Of a stretch of DNA of 64,000 bases, positions 1-10,563 are shown in pieces. The translations under genes and the position numbers were made by a program. This DNA comes from a virus. Lineage: Duplodnaviria; Caudoviricetes. Under the pieces are notes generated by a model. That model ran no database searches, had not been told where the DNA came from, and saw only the letters and a program-made list of their open reading frames with translations. Each line of letters opens with the position of its first letter. Position 1 is the stretch's first letter. The stretch is from positions 30,494 through 94,493 of IMG/VR virus record IMGVR_UViG_3300033121_001357. One strand, given 5' to 3'.

Positions 1-195
1 AACTATGCCAATTCCGGCGTCGTTGACTTCAAATGACTTCATTGCCGTAAAAATATCAATACCACGATAGATAACTGGTTGACCATCTGATTCAAATAAC
101 TTGAACCGATCACCAGCTCTAAGAACAGATACGGGTTCTGGGGGTCCCCAGATTCCATCTCTATTTACTAATACATAGCGTTTAGAGTTGTCCAT
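1..195 (-). CDS. Hypothetical protein (partial, runs off the window)
   Basis: ATG at 195 preceded by an AGGA RBS; frame open to the window edge (MDNSKRYVLVNRDG...). Confidence 0.55.
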   Translation of the reverse strand, partial: MDNSKRYVLVNRDGIWGPPEPVSVLRAGDRFKLFESDGQPVIYRGIDIFTAMKSFEVNDAGIGIV

Positions 196-207
196 ATTTA
201 GGTCCTT

Positions 208-1062
208 TTAGTCAATGTCGCGAGCTATAAAGCTATAGCTCTCCATGATTGGTTCACCATTGGATATAATCGTTTGGGACTGTCCTGTCAAGTAAACACT
301 TCTTAGTCTACGAACTGTATGGTCAACACTTGGATCATTATAATCTCCCATGATAAGGAAGATGTCGAATGGGGGCATTAGATCGAAGCGCTCTCTCTGT
401 GGTGTTTCTGGTCCACCCGGAGTTGCCTGCATCTGTTCTTGTTCTCTTGCATATTTTTTAAATTCTTTGTTGCCCAGATTCCGGACTTCATTAACAGTTT
501 GGAGCTCTCTAAAGGTCACGTTTGGATGTGGCATCTGACCATTGTAGTATTGCTCTTCAAATAAAAACTGATCTGAGTGATGTCGACCGATTCCCTGAGC
601 GCTTCCAAGATCTCGATTAACAATTGCCTTTCCAATGATATTTAGATAGTTGGCTTCAACATAGTTGATTGTAAAAGAGCCCTGAACAATAAGGTTTCCT
701 GTGGCTACTGTCCTAAAGAGTTTGTCAGCATACCCATACAGGGGAGTGCGGTTTGTTATCGTTGCAAACTGAATGGAGTTGATTTCATCGATGAAGACAT
801 CCCCAAAATAGATCTGAGCCTGTGAAGCGCTGTAGTAACTTACACGGTATCTTTCATCTGTTAGTGGTGGGGGTAAGGGGTTTGGGGCTGGTCCAAAAGG
901 TGTCTTATTGTTACGTATCGACGGATCGGGAGAAAGCTTTCCTTCTACTGATAGTGGATCCATAACGATGTCTGCATCGTATGGATTTCCGACTATCTCA
1001 AGTTGATCCATAAGAACATCTGCATTGTATGGTCTTTGTACGCGGCTATTGGGTGCTGCCAT
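208..1062 (-). CDS. Tail tube-like virion protein (paralogue 3)
   Basis: Shares motifs with the two upstream paralogues (YYSAS..IYFGD, RTPLYGY, VQGSF, PPFDI); lies downstream of the sheath. Confidence 0.65.
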   Translation of the reverse strand: MAAPNSRVQRPYNADVLMDQLEIVGNPYDADIVMDPLSVEGKLSPDPSIRNNKTPFGPAPNPLPPPLTDERYRVSYYSASQAQIYFGDVFIDEINSIQFATITNRTPLYGYADKLFRTVATGNLIVQGSFTINYVEANYLNIIGKAIVNRDLGSAQGIGRHHSDQFLFEEQYYNGQMPHPNVTFRELQTVNEVRNLGNKEFKKYAREQEQMQATPGGPETPQRERFDLMPPFDIFLIMGDYNDPSVDHTVRRLRSVYLTGQSQTIISNGEPIMESYSFIARDID

Positions 1063-1068
1063 GATTGC

Positions 1069-1710
1069 TTACCTAAATGGATTACGGCTCTGTCTCAGGA
1101 GCTGTTCTTGGATCTGACTTGGTGAAGACATGATGGATCTAAATGTTTTCTTACCGAATCCACCTCCCGCTAGATCCTTAGTTCCTGCTGTTGGTGTCAT
1201 TACGGCCATATGAGCTGCCGTATATTGTACAGTATTTTCTGTAATCAAGTCTTGAATAGACATAACCTGACCTTCAGCAGAGATGTCGATTCCAAAGATT
1301 ACAAGTTGAGATCGATGTCCGTATTCATTAGCGAAATTGATAACGACATCAAATGGCGGGAGTTGGTCGACCATTACGTATTCTAGATCTGAGTATTCAG
1401 AAACAACACTATTTGTATTTGTGTCTCCAGACTGTCGACGCAATACATCTAATAGAACATGCCTATCAAAGACGGTAAAGACCATTGAGCCTGCGATAGT
1501 CCTAGTCCCCCTGGTTCTGCCTTTCTCTCCTACATATCCCAAAGCTCTAACTGGTTGCTTGTCTCTGAAAATGCTGTATGAGATCGTCTGAAGCGTTGCC
1601 AGGACCTGTGTAGTTGGCTTTTGGTTTCCAGCTCGTGGGACCGATATGATTGCTCGAATATCTGTTCCTGAGTAGGAATTAAAAGCACCCGTATATGAGT
1701 TGTCTGCCAT
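1069..1710 (-). CDS. Tail tube-like virion protein (paralogue 2)
   Basis: NSYSGTDIRA..LQTISYS..RTIAGSMVFTVFDRH..DQLPPFD..ANEYG closely parallels 1782..2420; start moved to ATG 1710 (GGAG RBS, downstream of the terminator). Confidence 0.7.
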   Translation of the reverse strand: MADNSYTGAFNSYSGTDIRAIISVPRAGNQKPTTQVLATLQTISYSIFRDKQPVRALGYVGEKGRTRGTRTIAGSMVFTVFDRHVLLDVLRRQSGDTNTNSVVSEYSDLEYVMVDQLPPFDVVINFANEYGHRSQLVIFGIDISAEGQVMSIQDLITENTVQYTAAHMAVMTPTAGTKDLAGGGFGKKTFRSIMSSPSQIQEQLLRQSRNPFR

Positions 1711-1721
1711 GTAAGCTCCAG

Positions 1722-1755
1722 AAAATAAAAAGGGGAGAGCCGAAGCCCTCCCCTT
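1722..1755 (-). terminator. Intrinsic terminator after the major tail tube gene
   Basis: Minus strand AAGGGGAGGGC-TTCG-GCTCTCCCCTT followed by TTTATTTT. Confidence 0.85.
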
Positions 1756-1781
1756 CAATTACGCCTAAAACCTGAAGTGTT

Positions 1782-2420
1782 TTAAGTCGATGCACCGACT
1801 TCGTTGGCGTTAAGACCCGTGCCAGCATCTCGTACACGAACCCAGGGTGTCAAGCTACGACAGACATATGTTACCTGATGTTCGATAACGATGTCATCAA
1901 TTGAAACACCAGAACCCTCATTTAGGAATTCGATACCGAGTACTCTCATCTGAGCGGCAGCACCATACTCATTTGCGGCATGGAGCGTGACGTCAAATGG
2001 AGGAATCTGGTCAACATACCATGGAGTGGCAAGCTCCTGATCGCCAGTTGGATTCTCGAAGGGAGTTTCTGCGCCAAAAACATCTGTACCAGGACCGACT
2101 CCATTGCTGTTAGATACAATCTGACCATTCTCTAGTGGACGAAGGTCGTCTATGTCAGACCAGAATTTACTGGTATTCATCTGACCTAGAACAGCATGCT
2201 TGTCGAACTGGATAAATACCATTGAACCTGCGATACCACGCTTACCTCTTGAGAAGGAGCGAGGGTCAGCTGCACCCATTGTGTAGATGGGGGCCTTTTC
2301 GCGGGTTACGCTCCAGGAGATAGCCTGGAGCGTACCGATGACCTGGTTCTTAAAGACAGCTCTGATGTCTACACCGCTAAAGCTGTTGTATGAACGGGTG
2401 AACTCACTGCTCATTCCCAT
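1782..2420 (-). CDS. Major tail tube protein
   Basis: Immediately downstream of the sheath and followed by a terminator; SFSGVDI..LQAISWSVTREKAPIYTMG..RGIAGS motif. Confidence 0.75.
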   Translation of the reverse strand: MGMSSEFTRSYNSFSGVDIRAVFKNQVIGTLQAISWSVTREKAPIYTMGAADPRSFSRGKRGIAGSMVFIQFDKHAVLGQMNTSKFWSDIDDLRPLENGQIVSNSNGVGPGTDVFGAETPFENPTGDQELATPWYVDQIPPFDVTLHAANEYGAAAQMRVLGIEFLNEGSGVSIDDIVIEHQVTYVCRSLTPWVRVRDAGTGLNANEVGAST

Positions 2421-2435
2421 GATTGGTTAACTCCT

Positions 2436-4943
2436 TTACGCCTGAAGCGCGATATCAACGTTGATCTTGCGGAGTTCGTTGACGATTCTGAGACTTAGCT
2501 TGACCCTTGCTGTTCCGCGCACCTGGTCAATTCTGGACTGGCTTACAGTGGCGCTGAAAGAAAGAATTGCGCTGTTGGAAGCCTTCTGCATGTCGCTGAG
2601 CTCCTTGAGGAGACGAGTCTCAAGAGCACCCTTCCTGATTGGGGTAAGTGGCTCTCCAAGGAATTCTCTACCAACTTCTCTGACCTTGGTGATGACCTGG
2701 GACACGAGACGAATACTCATGTTCCTTGTGAAGTCGGAGTTTGGTAGTGCAGCAGACGGTGCATCTACTACAATTACGTCGGTTCCCTTCTGGTCGAATA
2801 CTGTATAACGAGCACCAGTCAAAGAATTCAAGTGACGCTTTGCAAGCTTCTGTGCCAGACGCACTCTGCTGGTATTGCCGATGCCAACCTTCTTCATTGT
2901 GGCAGCGGACCAAGGGGCGATGGCGGAGAGTAGACCTGCGTAGATTGAGGCACCTGAGTTGATGTATCCAAGACCTGTTGTATCGGCGTTGTTCTGGAAG
3001 ATCGGCCAAGTTGGAACGATACTTAGGAACTTACCGAGGTCGATTTCAAAGTTGTTGTTGTCAAGTACGAGAGTGGCGTCGTCGAGTTCACCGGACTCCG
3101 TAGCCTTAAAGCCAGGATCGAACTGAGCACCGTTGACGGAGTATTTCTTTCCAGCGATGAACTTAAAGCCAAGTAGGCCGCTTCCGTTTGTGATGACATC
3201 ACCAGTCTCGGTATCGTAAACAGGGGACTTGCCGATCCAACGAGCGATAGACGCTGGGTTGAAATGGTTTGTCGGCGGATTTACACCGATAACTGCGATC
3301 GTGGAGTTCTCGTTCTCAGTAGCCTCGTGGCAGAACCTTGCAATGCGGTAAGCGAAGTTCACCTCATTGTAAGTATAGCCATCTAGGTCGATCTTGGAGG
3401 TGTACCACTGATGGACCAAAGCACCATCAACCTCAACACTACGGTGATAGAAGAGAAGGTCAGTGTCGTATACCGCGAAGGCCGGAGTACGAGCAGCTAC
3501 GACTGTTCCACCAACACCGCTAAGAGAGAAGCTCACATTACGGTCAAAGTGGACAATCAGCTTAGTAGCAGCAGAACCATCTTCCCAGCTTAGAATACGA
3601 GCTGTACGAACAAGTTCGCCAGCAGTGTGGTTGTCGCCGAAAGCAGAACCCTGTGGGCTTCTGAATACGATCCAGCAGGCGCCTCTGCCAGCAGTTGCAA
3701 GAGCAGTCTTAGCAGTCGTTCTCTCATCGGCATCGTCGAAAGTAAGCTCAAAGCGATCTGCTCTACCAGCTAGAGTCGTTCCTACCACGTCCTGAATGGT
3801 ACCAGTCGCAGTGGAATCCATGAGCTGTGTCGGGAGCGCAGTAGCGCCTGTAGTCTCACCATCAAGAGCCGGGTCGTCTAGATAGACACCGGGCACAAGT
3901 AGTACGTCGATCGGAGAAGCCTCGAGAGCCATAAAGGCATCTTCAACAGCTTCGTACATATTCATCTTTGCGGGCTCGACCTCATCAACAGTCAGATCAG
4001 CGGTGCTGCCAAGGCTGTTCACTACCTTGTTCAAACCATTGAAGTCAGAACCAGGGGTGACTAGGAGCTTCTGAACGCCGGACGCTGCTGTGATGTAGAG
4101 TCTGTCCGTAAGAATATTGTCGATACGAATCGGACGAATCTTGGAGATGAAGCGGATCTTGTGGTTCGCACCTTCGGGGAAGCTGAGAGCCGTTAGATCA
4201 GAGTCTAGCGTAAGCGTCTTGGAGGCGATGTCGACCGCAGTGAGCGTGCGCTCCTGAAGGACAGAGCCATCACTCTTAAGGCACTGTACAAAGTACGGGT
4301 TTGTAGAAGCGTTGAACTGGAGGCGACCAAGGTTCAGTGTTCCGGCATCGTTCATGACGATGGTGTCCATTGCGGTATCGTCTGGAACGGTGAACGTCTG
4401 GTCGGTCTCGTCGTCCTCAACCTTTGTCTGCTCACCAATGGAGCCTACGAGGTTACCCACGGCCTTCTCGCCTGTGATCGTCACAGTGCCAAGGTCCACA
4501 GGGTTTGTGCTGTCGTTGCTGTATAGAAGCTCGCCAGTTGTGGCGTTGTATACCTTGAGGATGTCCTCAGCATTGTCGTAGAGGATGCTGTACCTCTCAA
4601 GGGCATTGGAGCCTTCTACAACAGTTGTAATGGTATATCCTGCGCTGCCAGCGCTGTCGCCAATATGCTCAATCTTGCCTCTAGTAGCAAGTACGCGGTA
4701 GGCGGATACGTTGTCAGCACCACCCTGGAATGCCTCGACGATAGCGCGAGCTAGGGTTCCCTCGGAACCAAAGCGAGAAAGGGCTGTGCTGCTTGAGTAG
4801 AGCTTAGACTCAAACTTAGAAGGCCCCTGCTTTGCTGTGCCAAGAACACCTACGACTGGGCCAACGGGAGCGATGTCAAGTAGGACATTGCCATCGTTGA
4901 TTGTCACGGAGGTGCCTGGAAGGTTTGGGTACTTGTCTGTCAT
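2436..4943 (-). CDS. Contractile tail sheath protein
   Basis: N-terminal LPGTSV..GVLGTAKQGP, C-terminal FLGEP..RLLKEL..ELRKINVDI sheath signatures; 835 aa. Confidence 0.85.
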   Translation of the reverse strand: MTDKYPNLPGTSVTINDGNVLLDIAPVGPVVGVLGTAKQGPSKFESKLYSSSTALSRFGSEGTLARAIVEAFQGGADNVSAYRVLATRGKIEHIGDSAGSAGYTITTVVEGSNALERYSILYDNAEDILKVYNATTGELLYSNDSTNPVDLGTVTITGEKAVGNLVGSIGEQTKVEDDETDQTFTVPDDTAMDTIVMNDAGTLNLGRLQFNASTNPYFVQCLKSDGSVLQERTLTAVDIASKTLTLDSDLTALSFPEGANHKIRFISKIRPIRIDNILTDRLYITAASGVQKLLVTPGSDFNGLNKVVNSLGSTADLTVDEVEPAKMNMYEAVEDAFMALEASPIDVLLVPGVYLDDPALDGETTGATALPTQLMDSTATGTIQDVVGTTLAGRADRFELTFDDADERTTAKTALATAGRGACWIVFRSPQGSAFGDNHTAGELVRTARILSWEDGSAATKLIVHFDRNVSFSLSGVGGTVVAARTPAFAVYDTDLLFYHRSVEVDGALVHQWYTSKIDLDGYTYNEVNFAYRIARFCHEATENENSTIAVIGVNPPTNHFNPASIARWIGKSPVYDTETGDVITNGSGLLGFKFIAGKKYSVNGAQFDPGFKATESGELDDATLVLDNNNFEIDLGKFLSIVPTWPIFQNNADTTGLGYINSGASIYAGLLSAIAPWSAATMKKVGIGNTSRVRLAQKLAKRHLNSLTGARYTVFDQKGTDVIVVDAPSAALPNSDFTRNMSIRLVSQVITKVREVGREFLGEPLTPIRKGALETRLLKELSDMQKASNSAILSFSATVSQSRIDQVRGTARVKLSLRIVNELRKINVDIALQA

Positions 4944-4955
4944 TAGAAGTGCTCC

Positions 4956-5645
4956 TTATTGTGGGGAACTTGTAGTAGTAATAATACTACGAAGTACGTG
5001 CTCCTTAATCACTCGTATCTTTTCTGTCCTTACGTAGTAGACCAAAGGTCTGACTACAATCTTGCGGTTATCGGGCGATAGGACAGCATCTGAACCGCGC
5101 CCCTCATAAGCAATCTGCTGAACCCCGCTAGCCTTGAAATACCACATCCAGTTTTCCATAAAGGACTCGAACCATAGGGCTCTCTGGTTTGCGGTTCTGT
5201 TATCTCTAGCGTAGATCTCGAAGGCGACCTTGTTATCAAACCACTGTCCTAGTGTGAAGATTTTGAAACCTGGATAATCAGGATCAATTATCGATTCACG
5301 AACAAGTGGTCTCATCTGACGAATGTTACCTTCACTCATTGCTCTATGAGCAGATGTCTTCTCAAAAGTGCCTGGCATTCTCTGTAGTAGACTATAGCTG
5401 ATGACCTCAGTCTTCAAGTTATCATCTACTTCGGGGAATTGCTCTGTGTATAGAAGCGGCACCTTTGTTCCATCAATCTCTTGCTGGTACTTAAGAGCTA
5501 ATCCAACAAGACCAAAGAACTCTGTAATGTCAACAGCAGGACGTGGTGTCCTTAGCTTTGGATCGATTCCAGAACTTCTGTACTCCTCAGCTAATGCTGC
5601 AAAATAGTCGTCAATCCAAGAGCCGATTACTTCATGCTGATCCAT
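4956..5645 (-). CDS. Putative tail completion/terminator protein
   Basis: Position directly upstream of the sheath; size typical. Confidence 0.45.
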   Translation of the reverse strand: MDQHEVIGSWIDDYFAALAEEYRSSGIDPKLRTPRPAVDITEFFGLVGLALKYQQEIDGTKVPLLYTEQFPEVDDNLKTEVISYSLLQRMPGTFEKTSAHRAMSEGNIRQMRPLVRESIIDPDYPGFKIFTLGQWFDNKVAFEIYARDNRTANQRALWFESFMENWMWYFKASGVQQIAYEGRGSDAVLSPDNRKIVVRPLVYYVRTEKIRVIKEHVLRSIITTTSSPQ

Positions 5646-5692
5646 TCTTTTCTACCAATAACATTTTGAGGTTATTTGCCAAGGGTTTTCGA

Positions 5693-6238
5693 TTATTCCG
5701 AATAGCAAGACAGTCGCCAGTATTCAGTACGGCCGTTATCGGACTTGAACTTCTCTGCCATATGAATGTTATGTGATAGGACTGCCTTGATTGGAGAAAC
5801 TAGCTTGCCCTCTCTATCTGTCAGTGGCTCGATGATCTTATCGTAACGCGTGATCATCTCTACTGGTTCGACATAGAAGAAAGACATGGCGATTGTGTTC
5901 TTTCCCCACTTCATATACTTCTCTACGTCTTGGTACTCGAATCTATCTGTCTTATAGGCTGTGATGATCTTGTCCGTAAAGAGGTAGCCTTCACCATCAC
6001 AGATGTTACAGCGATATGTCAGTTCGGGCTCATTGGATGGTCCGGTCTTACAGGCACATGGGATGAGGTCTTCTGCAGAGGTGGCCTCCACCACACCTTC
6101 CCTGGTATTCATACTTCTAAGGATATAGAAGGCCCCCTTTGCCACTTCGTCAGGAGCTCCGAATAGAAATCTATTCATTTCAACCCTTAGATCTAACTCT
6201 CTGGTCTTAGATGTATTGGGGAATGGATTCCATTTCAT
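5693..6238 (-). CDS. Putative neck/head-closure protein
   Basis: CxC..CxxCxGxG motif; position between head and tail genes. Confidence 0.5.
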   Translation of the reverse strand: MKWNPFPNTSKTRELDLRVEMNRFLFGAPDEVAKGAFYILRSMNTREGVVEATSAEDLIPCACKTGPSNEPELTYRCNICDGEGYLFTDKIITAYKTDRFEYQDVEKYMKWGKNTIAMSFFYVEPVEMITRYDKIIEPLTDREGKLVSPIKAVLSHNIHMAEKFKSDNGRTEYWRLSCYSE

Positions 6239-6930
6239 AGGTCTCTATAACCTTTCTTAGGACGTCTCTGGGCAGCGCCATCTGTCTTTCTAAAGTAATA
6301 ATCTTTAGCATTTGCTGCTGGGATGTTTGCTCCTTCATACTCTGGAGTAGAGGCCCATAGACGAGCGGGAACAGGGGTGTCTGGGTTGTTCAGCCCCTTG
6401 ACTGCAGATCTGATCGTACGCCCCCAGCGTCCGCCGTCTTCGAGGATTGCTGTCAGCGTTTTAAGCTGCTCCTGTGCGTCTCTAAGCAACTGTGCAGCAG
6501 CTCCCTCTCTCTTGATAGAGAGGTCGCCTAGACGCTTCTGCAGCTTGGCGGTCACGGAAGAGCCAGCTAGAAGGCCGACTAGGGTTGCGGCAGTAACCCA
6601 CCTGCTGCGATAGCTGGCGTACATCTCTGGATTGATACTGGCTGCGTCGGGGCAGAAGTTTAATAGGTCTGCCTGTCTGGAGTAATACTGTACTAGCTGA
6701 TTTATTGTCTCATCAGGGATTTCAACTAGGAACTCACCGGCCATGAGGCGGACTCTAGTGGCGTTTGAGTAGAAGGGATTAAGAGTAGTCGTATAGTGAG
6801 ATTCGTAAGTCCCACCCAGTGTGCTCCCGTCAGTTGCCCTTAACCCCCTGATCGTAATGAATATTAGTCTATTCTCTACAGGTCTACCGGGAGCAATTAT
6901 GGCTTGTAGTGAAACTGTAATCATTACCAT
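6235..6930 (-). CDS. Putative head-tail adaptor
   Basis: KRLGDLSI motif typical of adaptor proteins; position. Confidence 0.45.
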   Translation of the reverse strand: MVMITVSLQAIIAPGRPVENRLIFITIRGLRATDGSTLGGTYESHYTTTLNPFYSNATRVRLMAGEFLVEIPDETINQLVQYYSRQADLLNFCPDAASINPEMYASYRSRWVTAATLVGLLAGSSVTAKLQKRLGDLSIKREGAAAQLLRDAQEQLKTLTAILEDGGRWGRTIRSAVKGLNNPDTPVPARLWASTPEYEGANIPAANAKDYYFRKTDGAAQRRPKKGYRDL

Positions 6931-7322
6931 TCTCTCCTAGAGAAACGGGAGTCTGGAGTTAATACTGCTCCTGTAGGGAATGCAAAGCAGTACATATCAG
7001 TAACACCATCTAATAGGCGGTACTGGAAGGCAGGGATCGTCCTCTTGACTTGACGTCCGATATTAACCTCAACCCGTCTGAATACTCTGATCAGCTTCCC
7101 ACACCCAATCTCTGCTGAAGCTACGATAGACTCCAACTGCCTATCCTCATCATCAAATAATGAGAACTTTCTCAAATCAATGAGATTGGCATTGGTGAGT
7201 ACTAGGCTTGGATGAGATTTGAGGTAGGAGAGATCGGGATGGGTTTCTTCGATAGTCACTTCACTTAGAGAGCTTCCAGGAAGACTGAAAGTGAAGTGCC
7301 ACTGGAAAAAGAACTTGTCCAT
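6924..7322 (-). CDS. Hypothetical protein
   Basis: Co-oriented ORF tightly packed in the operon. Confidence 0.6.
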   Translation of the reverse strand: MDKFFFQWHFTFSLPGSSLSEVTIEETHPDLSYLKSHPSLVLTNANLIDLRKFSLFDDEDRQLESIVASAEIGCGKLIRVFRRVEVNIGRQVKRTIPAFQYRLLDGVTDMYCFAFPTGAVLTPDSRFSRREW

Positions 7323-7324
7323 AT

Positions 7325-7861
7325 TTATTCCTCATCGTATCTGAGGATTAGCTCGTAGCTGTCTGTATCGCCGGTTTCTACTGAGGGAAGAACTTCCATT
7401 TGAAGGACAAGGTATTTGCCGATTCCGGCATCTTCAATATCACCATCATCGACGTTCGCATCATAGGGACCCTCTCCCAAAGAGAGTGGCTCTGCTGATG
7501 TGTAGGTGAATAGATTTTGCTTAGGCGCGGCCATTGCGCCAGCAATACCATAGCCGCCAACCTTAGGCGTAGCAAAAGCGTCTACGGCCTTTGCCCAAAT
7601 AGAAATTCCAGTATTCGGTGTTCCCGACGTAAAGACCTCTAGGTTAGAGATATTTGCAGAATCCACAAGGTCATCGATGTATAACCTGAGGTACTTCTCA
7701 TAGGAACGGTAGACTCCAGCATTAGGGCGCACGAGCTTGTCATTCTCGTCAACGACGCTGTCGTCTGCGCTCTTGAATCGAACAATGCCACCACTCTTTG
7801 GAGTTGCAGCCTGCGTGCCGAGAGTACCATTCCATTCGTTTAGTTCAATTGTTGCTGCCAT
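7325..7861 (-). CDS. Putative virion structural protein
   Basis: Acidic, beta-rich ORF in the structural operon. Confidence 0.5.
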   Translation of the reverse strand: MAATIELNEWNGTLGTQAATPKSGGIVRFKSADDSVVDENDKLVRPNAGVYRSYEKYLRLYIDDLVDSANISNLEVFTSGTPNTGISIWAKAVDAFATPKVGGYGIAGAMAAPKQNLFTYTSAEPLSLGEGPYDANVDDGDIEDAGIGKYLVLQMEVLPSVETGDTDSYELILRYDEE

Positions 7862-7864
7862 GAC

Positions 7865-8866
7865 TTAACCTGAAAACCTTAGTGTAAGGACCTTTCCACT
7901 TACTGTTGGAGTAACCTTCAATGAGACAGACTCTGTAGTCGTTTCATCTAGCGGGAGACTTTCCATTAGAACTCGAATAAAGGCATCGGATACCGAGTCT
8001 GGATCGATATTCTTATTGAACTCAATCACAATACGATCAAGCCCAACCTTCACATTTGAATCGCCCCTTTCTGGCGTAATCGACACAACTGCAAACTCGG
8101 GGCCTTCTGCAGATACAACCCTGTCTACCCTTCTGAATCCATCTACAGTCTTGTCTGCGAGACGATAAGACGGGGAGTCTTCTGATACCTCTGTGTATGT
8201 CGAAGACCCCGTATAGAAGGTAAAGGCGTTAATATCCTCGAGAGGGACACCTTCAATAACGTCAAAGGTGAATGTGTCGCCAACGGCATATGCACCAGTC
8301 TTGAATACAGCGCTTAGGCCCTGCTCCAAGGCGATGAGCCTATCGGTAACAATAGTCTCTGAGTCGAGACCATTCGATGCCTTTCTGTAGACGAATCGGG
8401 CAGTGCCGAGTGCTCCTGCAGTTACAATCTCGATTGTGAAGGTATCATCTTCCCCAAGGTAGGGACCTTTGATGACCACTTCCCCTGTTCCGGTATTTCC
8501 TGGGTCAGGTATTACGTCATCAATTGTTCTAGTAAGGGCTTTCGTCCCAACGAGGACTTTATAGGTAGTGTTGGGGAGTAGAGGAGACTTCGGTGTAAAG
8601 ATAAATGTGCGGTTATCAGTAGTTGAAATCGTCCCCTCTACAACCCCAGAGAATGGACCTGACCTTAGATAGTCGGTGTCAGAATCAGGGCTAAGGTTTT
8701 CTAGACCTGGACCTTCTACTACTAGCTTCTTTGCTTCTGTAGCAACGACAAAGGCGCCATTAGAGATGCTATCAACATCTACATCCTCATCGAATGTAAT
8801 GGTAACAACGGTCTCAAGTGGCTGATTCAGTGCGTTGTTTGCAGGGCTAGTAGATAGGATTTCCAT
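7865..8866 (-). CDS. Ig-like (Big_5/SbsA-type) domain virion protein
   Basis: ILSTSPANNA..VTITFDEDVD..FTPKSPLLPNTTYKV plus a second C-terminal Ig repeat (VVSITP..IVIEFNKNIDP). Confidence 0.7.
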   Translation of the reverse strand: MEILSTSPANNALNQPLETVVTITFDEDVDVDSISNGAFVVATEAKKLVVEGPGLENLSPDSDTDYLRSGPFSGVVEGTISTTDNRTFIFTPKSPLLPNTTYKVLVGTKALTRTIDDVIPDPGNTGTGEVVIKGPYLGEDDTFTIEIVTAGALGTARFVYRKASNGLDSETIVTDRLIALEQGLSAVFKTGAYAVGDTFTFDVIEGVPLEDINAFTFYTGSSTYTEVSEDSPSYRLADKTVDGFRRVDRVVSAEGPEFAVVSITPERGDSNVKVGLDRIVIEFNKNIDPDSVSDAFIRVLMESLPLDETTTESVSLKVTPTVSGKVLTLRFSG

Positions 8867-8869
8867 TGG

Positions 8870-9166
8870 TTACTCTCCGGCTGATTCGCTGTTCTTTGAA
8901 CCAATTACAGAGACGAAGGTTCCAGTCTCAAGATCAAGGCGCCAATCCTTTAGCTCTTCACTAGAAATACCTTTAGCCTTTGCAAGGTCTTCGGCTAGCT
9001 TCCTCAGGTCGCTATGGACCTGGTTGGTAGACTGGATTAGTTGGCTCTCAATTTTGAGGAAGTTGGTCCTTAACTGAGAATGGGCTACAGCAAGCTCTGT
9101 GAGCTTGTCTTGCATCTTACGCATCATTGTAAGATCAGCAACTGAGATACTCTTATCGGACATTAG
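8870..9166 (-). CDS. Small coiled-coil protein
   Basis: ATG at 9166 overlaps the upstream stop. Confidence 0.55.
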   Translation of the reverse strand, partial: LMSDKSISVADLTMMRKMQDKLTELAVAHSQLRTNFLKIESQLIQSTNQVHSDLRKLAEDLAKAKGISSEELKDWRLDLETGTFVSVIGSKNSESAGE

Positions 9167-9759
9167 ACACCTAGAGTTAACTGGAAGGGCTTGCTCTGAA
9201 GCAAACGCTTTGTGTTCTGAACTACGACCCAGCATGAGCCGCGACCACTTTCTTTTAGATATGTATTGTCATTCACTGACACAGTAGCAACGATTTCAGT
9301 ATCGCCTACGTTCACGGAATTGATTGTGGCAACAATGGTGTGCCTTGTCTGTGGCGGAACCTGGCTCCTTGTTCGATCAGGGGATGTCATGAGGATGACC
9401 CTGAGGTCTGCATCCTCTGCTCCGAAGTTGGTCCCCGTGATGGTCAGCTCCGTAGTTCCAGTAAGACCAACAGTGGAATCATCAGACTGGTCGGTTACGA
9501 CGTCTGAGATGGTTGGAGCTGTTATGCATTCCCACTGGGTAATGCCAAGAACATCGCCATCAGCATTTCTCTCGATAGTCCTAGCGAAGACAACATCTGT
9601 GTCTTCGTCATCTCTGTCCCGCAGGAAGGTCTTAGACTCAACGATAGTCTCATCAGTAACCTCGTCGTTAAAGCCTGTTGCGGTAAAGGAGGGTTCTTTC
9701 ATTAGAGCGATCATGTCATTATCAAATGACATGAAAATCTTCACTGTCTGTGGGTCCAT
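9163..9759 (-). CDS. IPT/TIG-like domain virion protein
   Basis: APTISDV..GTTELTITGTNFG..EIVATV motif. Confidence 0.6.
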   Translation of the reverse strand: MDPQTVKIFMSFDNDMIALMKEPSFTATGFNDEVTDETIVESKTFLRDRDDEDTDVVFARTIERNADGDVLGITQWECITAPTISDVVTDQSDDSTVGLTGTTELTITGTNFGAEDADLRVILMTSPDRTRSQVPPQTRHTIVATINSVNVGDTEIVATVSVNDNTYLKESGRGSCWVVVQNTKRLLQSKPFQLTLGV

Positions 9760-9762
9760 AGA

Positions 9763-10284
9763 TTAGTCTTCCTCTTCTAGGACAGTTCGCCTAGTGCTCT
9801 TTACTACTGGCTCTTTGGCAGGACTGTCGATTACGAGGTCTTCAATTACCTCTTCAGACTCTGTGATTTCGCCATAGAACTGTTCAGAGAGATCCGCATT
9901 AAAGATCCCCGTCAAAGATGCCTGGATGATATTCAGAACACTCTGACGCGGAGACTCCTTTGCCTTTTCAAGCTTGAGTAGTTCCTGAAGGCTCTTAACA
10001 TCTTTGGTTAATGCCATTCTTGAGACATAGCGTCTCTGAATGTCCGTTGCTGGCAAGGACAGAATCTGCTCAAAGGTAGCACTCTTTGAGGACATCGCAA
10101 ACTGCTCGGAAACTAGAGTGATAGTGTTGTTGTTCAGTGCACTCTGGAGAATCTGTCGATTCTCTTCAGTCATTTCCTTAAGCTCTTCGTCAGTGACCAA
10201 GCGTACTGGATTTGCCCTGGAAAGAACAATGTCAGTTCCAGACAAGGACCAGAAGGGTCTTAGTGGGCTTAGATAGATATACAT
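9763..10284 (-). CDS. Hypothetical protein
   Basis: ORF with AAGGA RBS. Confidence 0.6.
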   Translation of the reverse strand: MYIYLSPLRPFWSLSGTDIVLSRANPVRLVTDEELKEMTEENRQILQSALNNNTITLVSEQFAMSSKSATFEQILSLPATDIQRRYVSRMALTKDVKSLQELLKLEKAKESPRQSVLNIIQASLTGIFNADLSEQFYGEITESEEVIEDLVIDSPAKEPVVKSTRRTVLEEED

Positions 10285-10358
10285 ATTCCTTACTCCATTT
10301 AGTGGAGAACCAATGGAGGCAAGTATATGAGAGATTCTTCTATTGTGTCTAGGATTTT

Positions 10359-10532
10359 TTAGGAGGAAGCTTTCTTCTTACGTGAAGACTTCTTCTCAGG
10401 TGGGGTTTCGGCGGGCTCTTCTGGAAGGATTTCTGCGGGAACTGGATCTGCAACTGTTTCCTCTAGAACAGGCTCGAGAATCTTTGCTGCCTTCTTACGT
10501 TCTAGAATTTTTCCGTTATGACTCCAAAGCAT
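10359..10532 (-). CDS. Small Pro/Glu/Lys-rich protein (57 aa, not in the ORF track)
   Basis: MLWSHNGKILERKKAAKILEPVLEE...KKKASS*; GAGG RBS. Confidence 0.55.
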   Translation of the reverse strand: MLWSHNGKILERKKAAKILEPVLEETVADPVPAEILPEEPAETPPEKKSSRKKKASS

Positions 10533-10563
10533 GTTTGCCTCTTAAAAGCTGAGATAGATTACG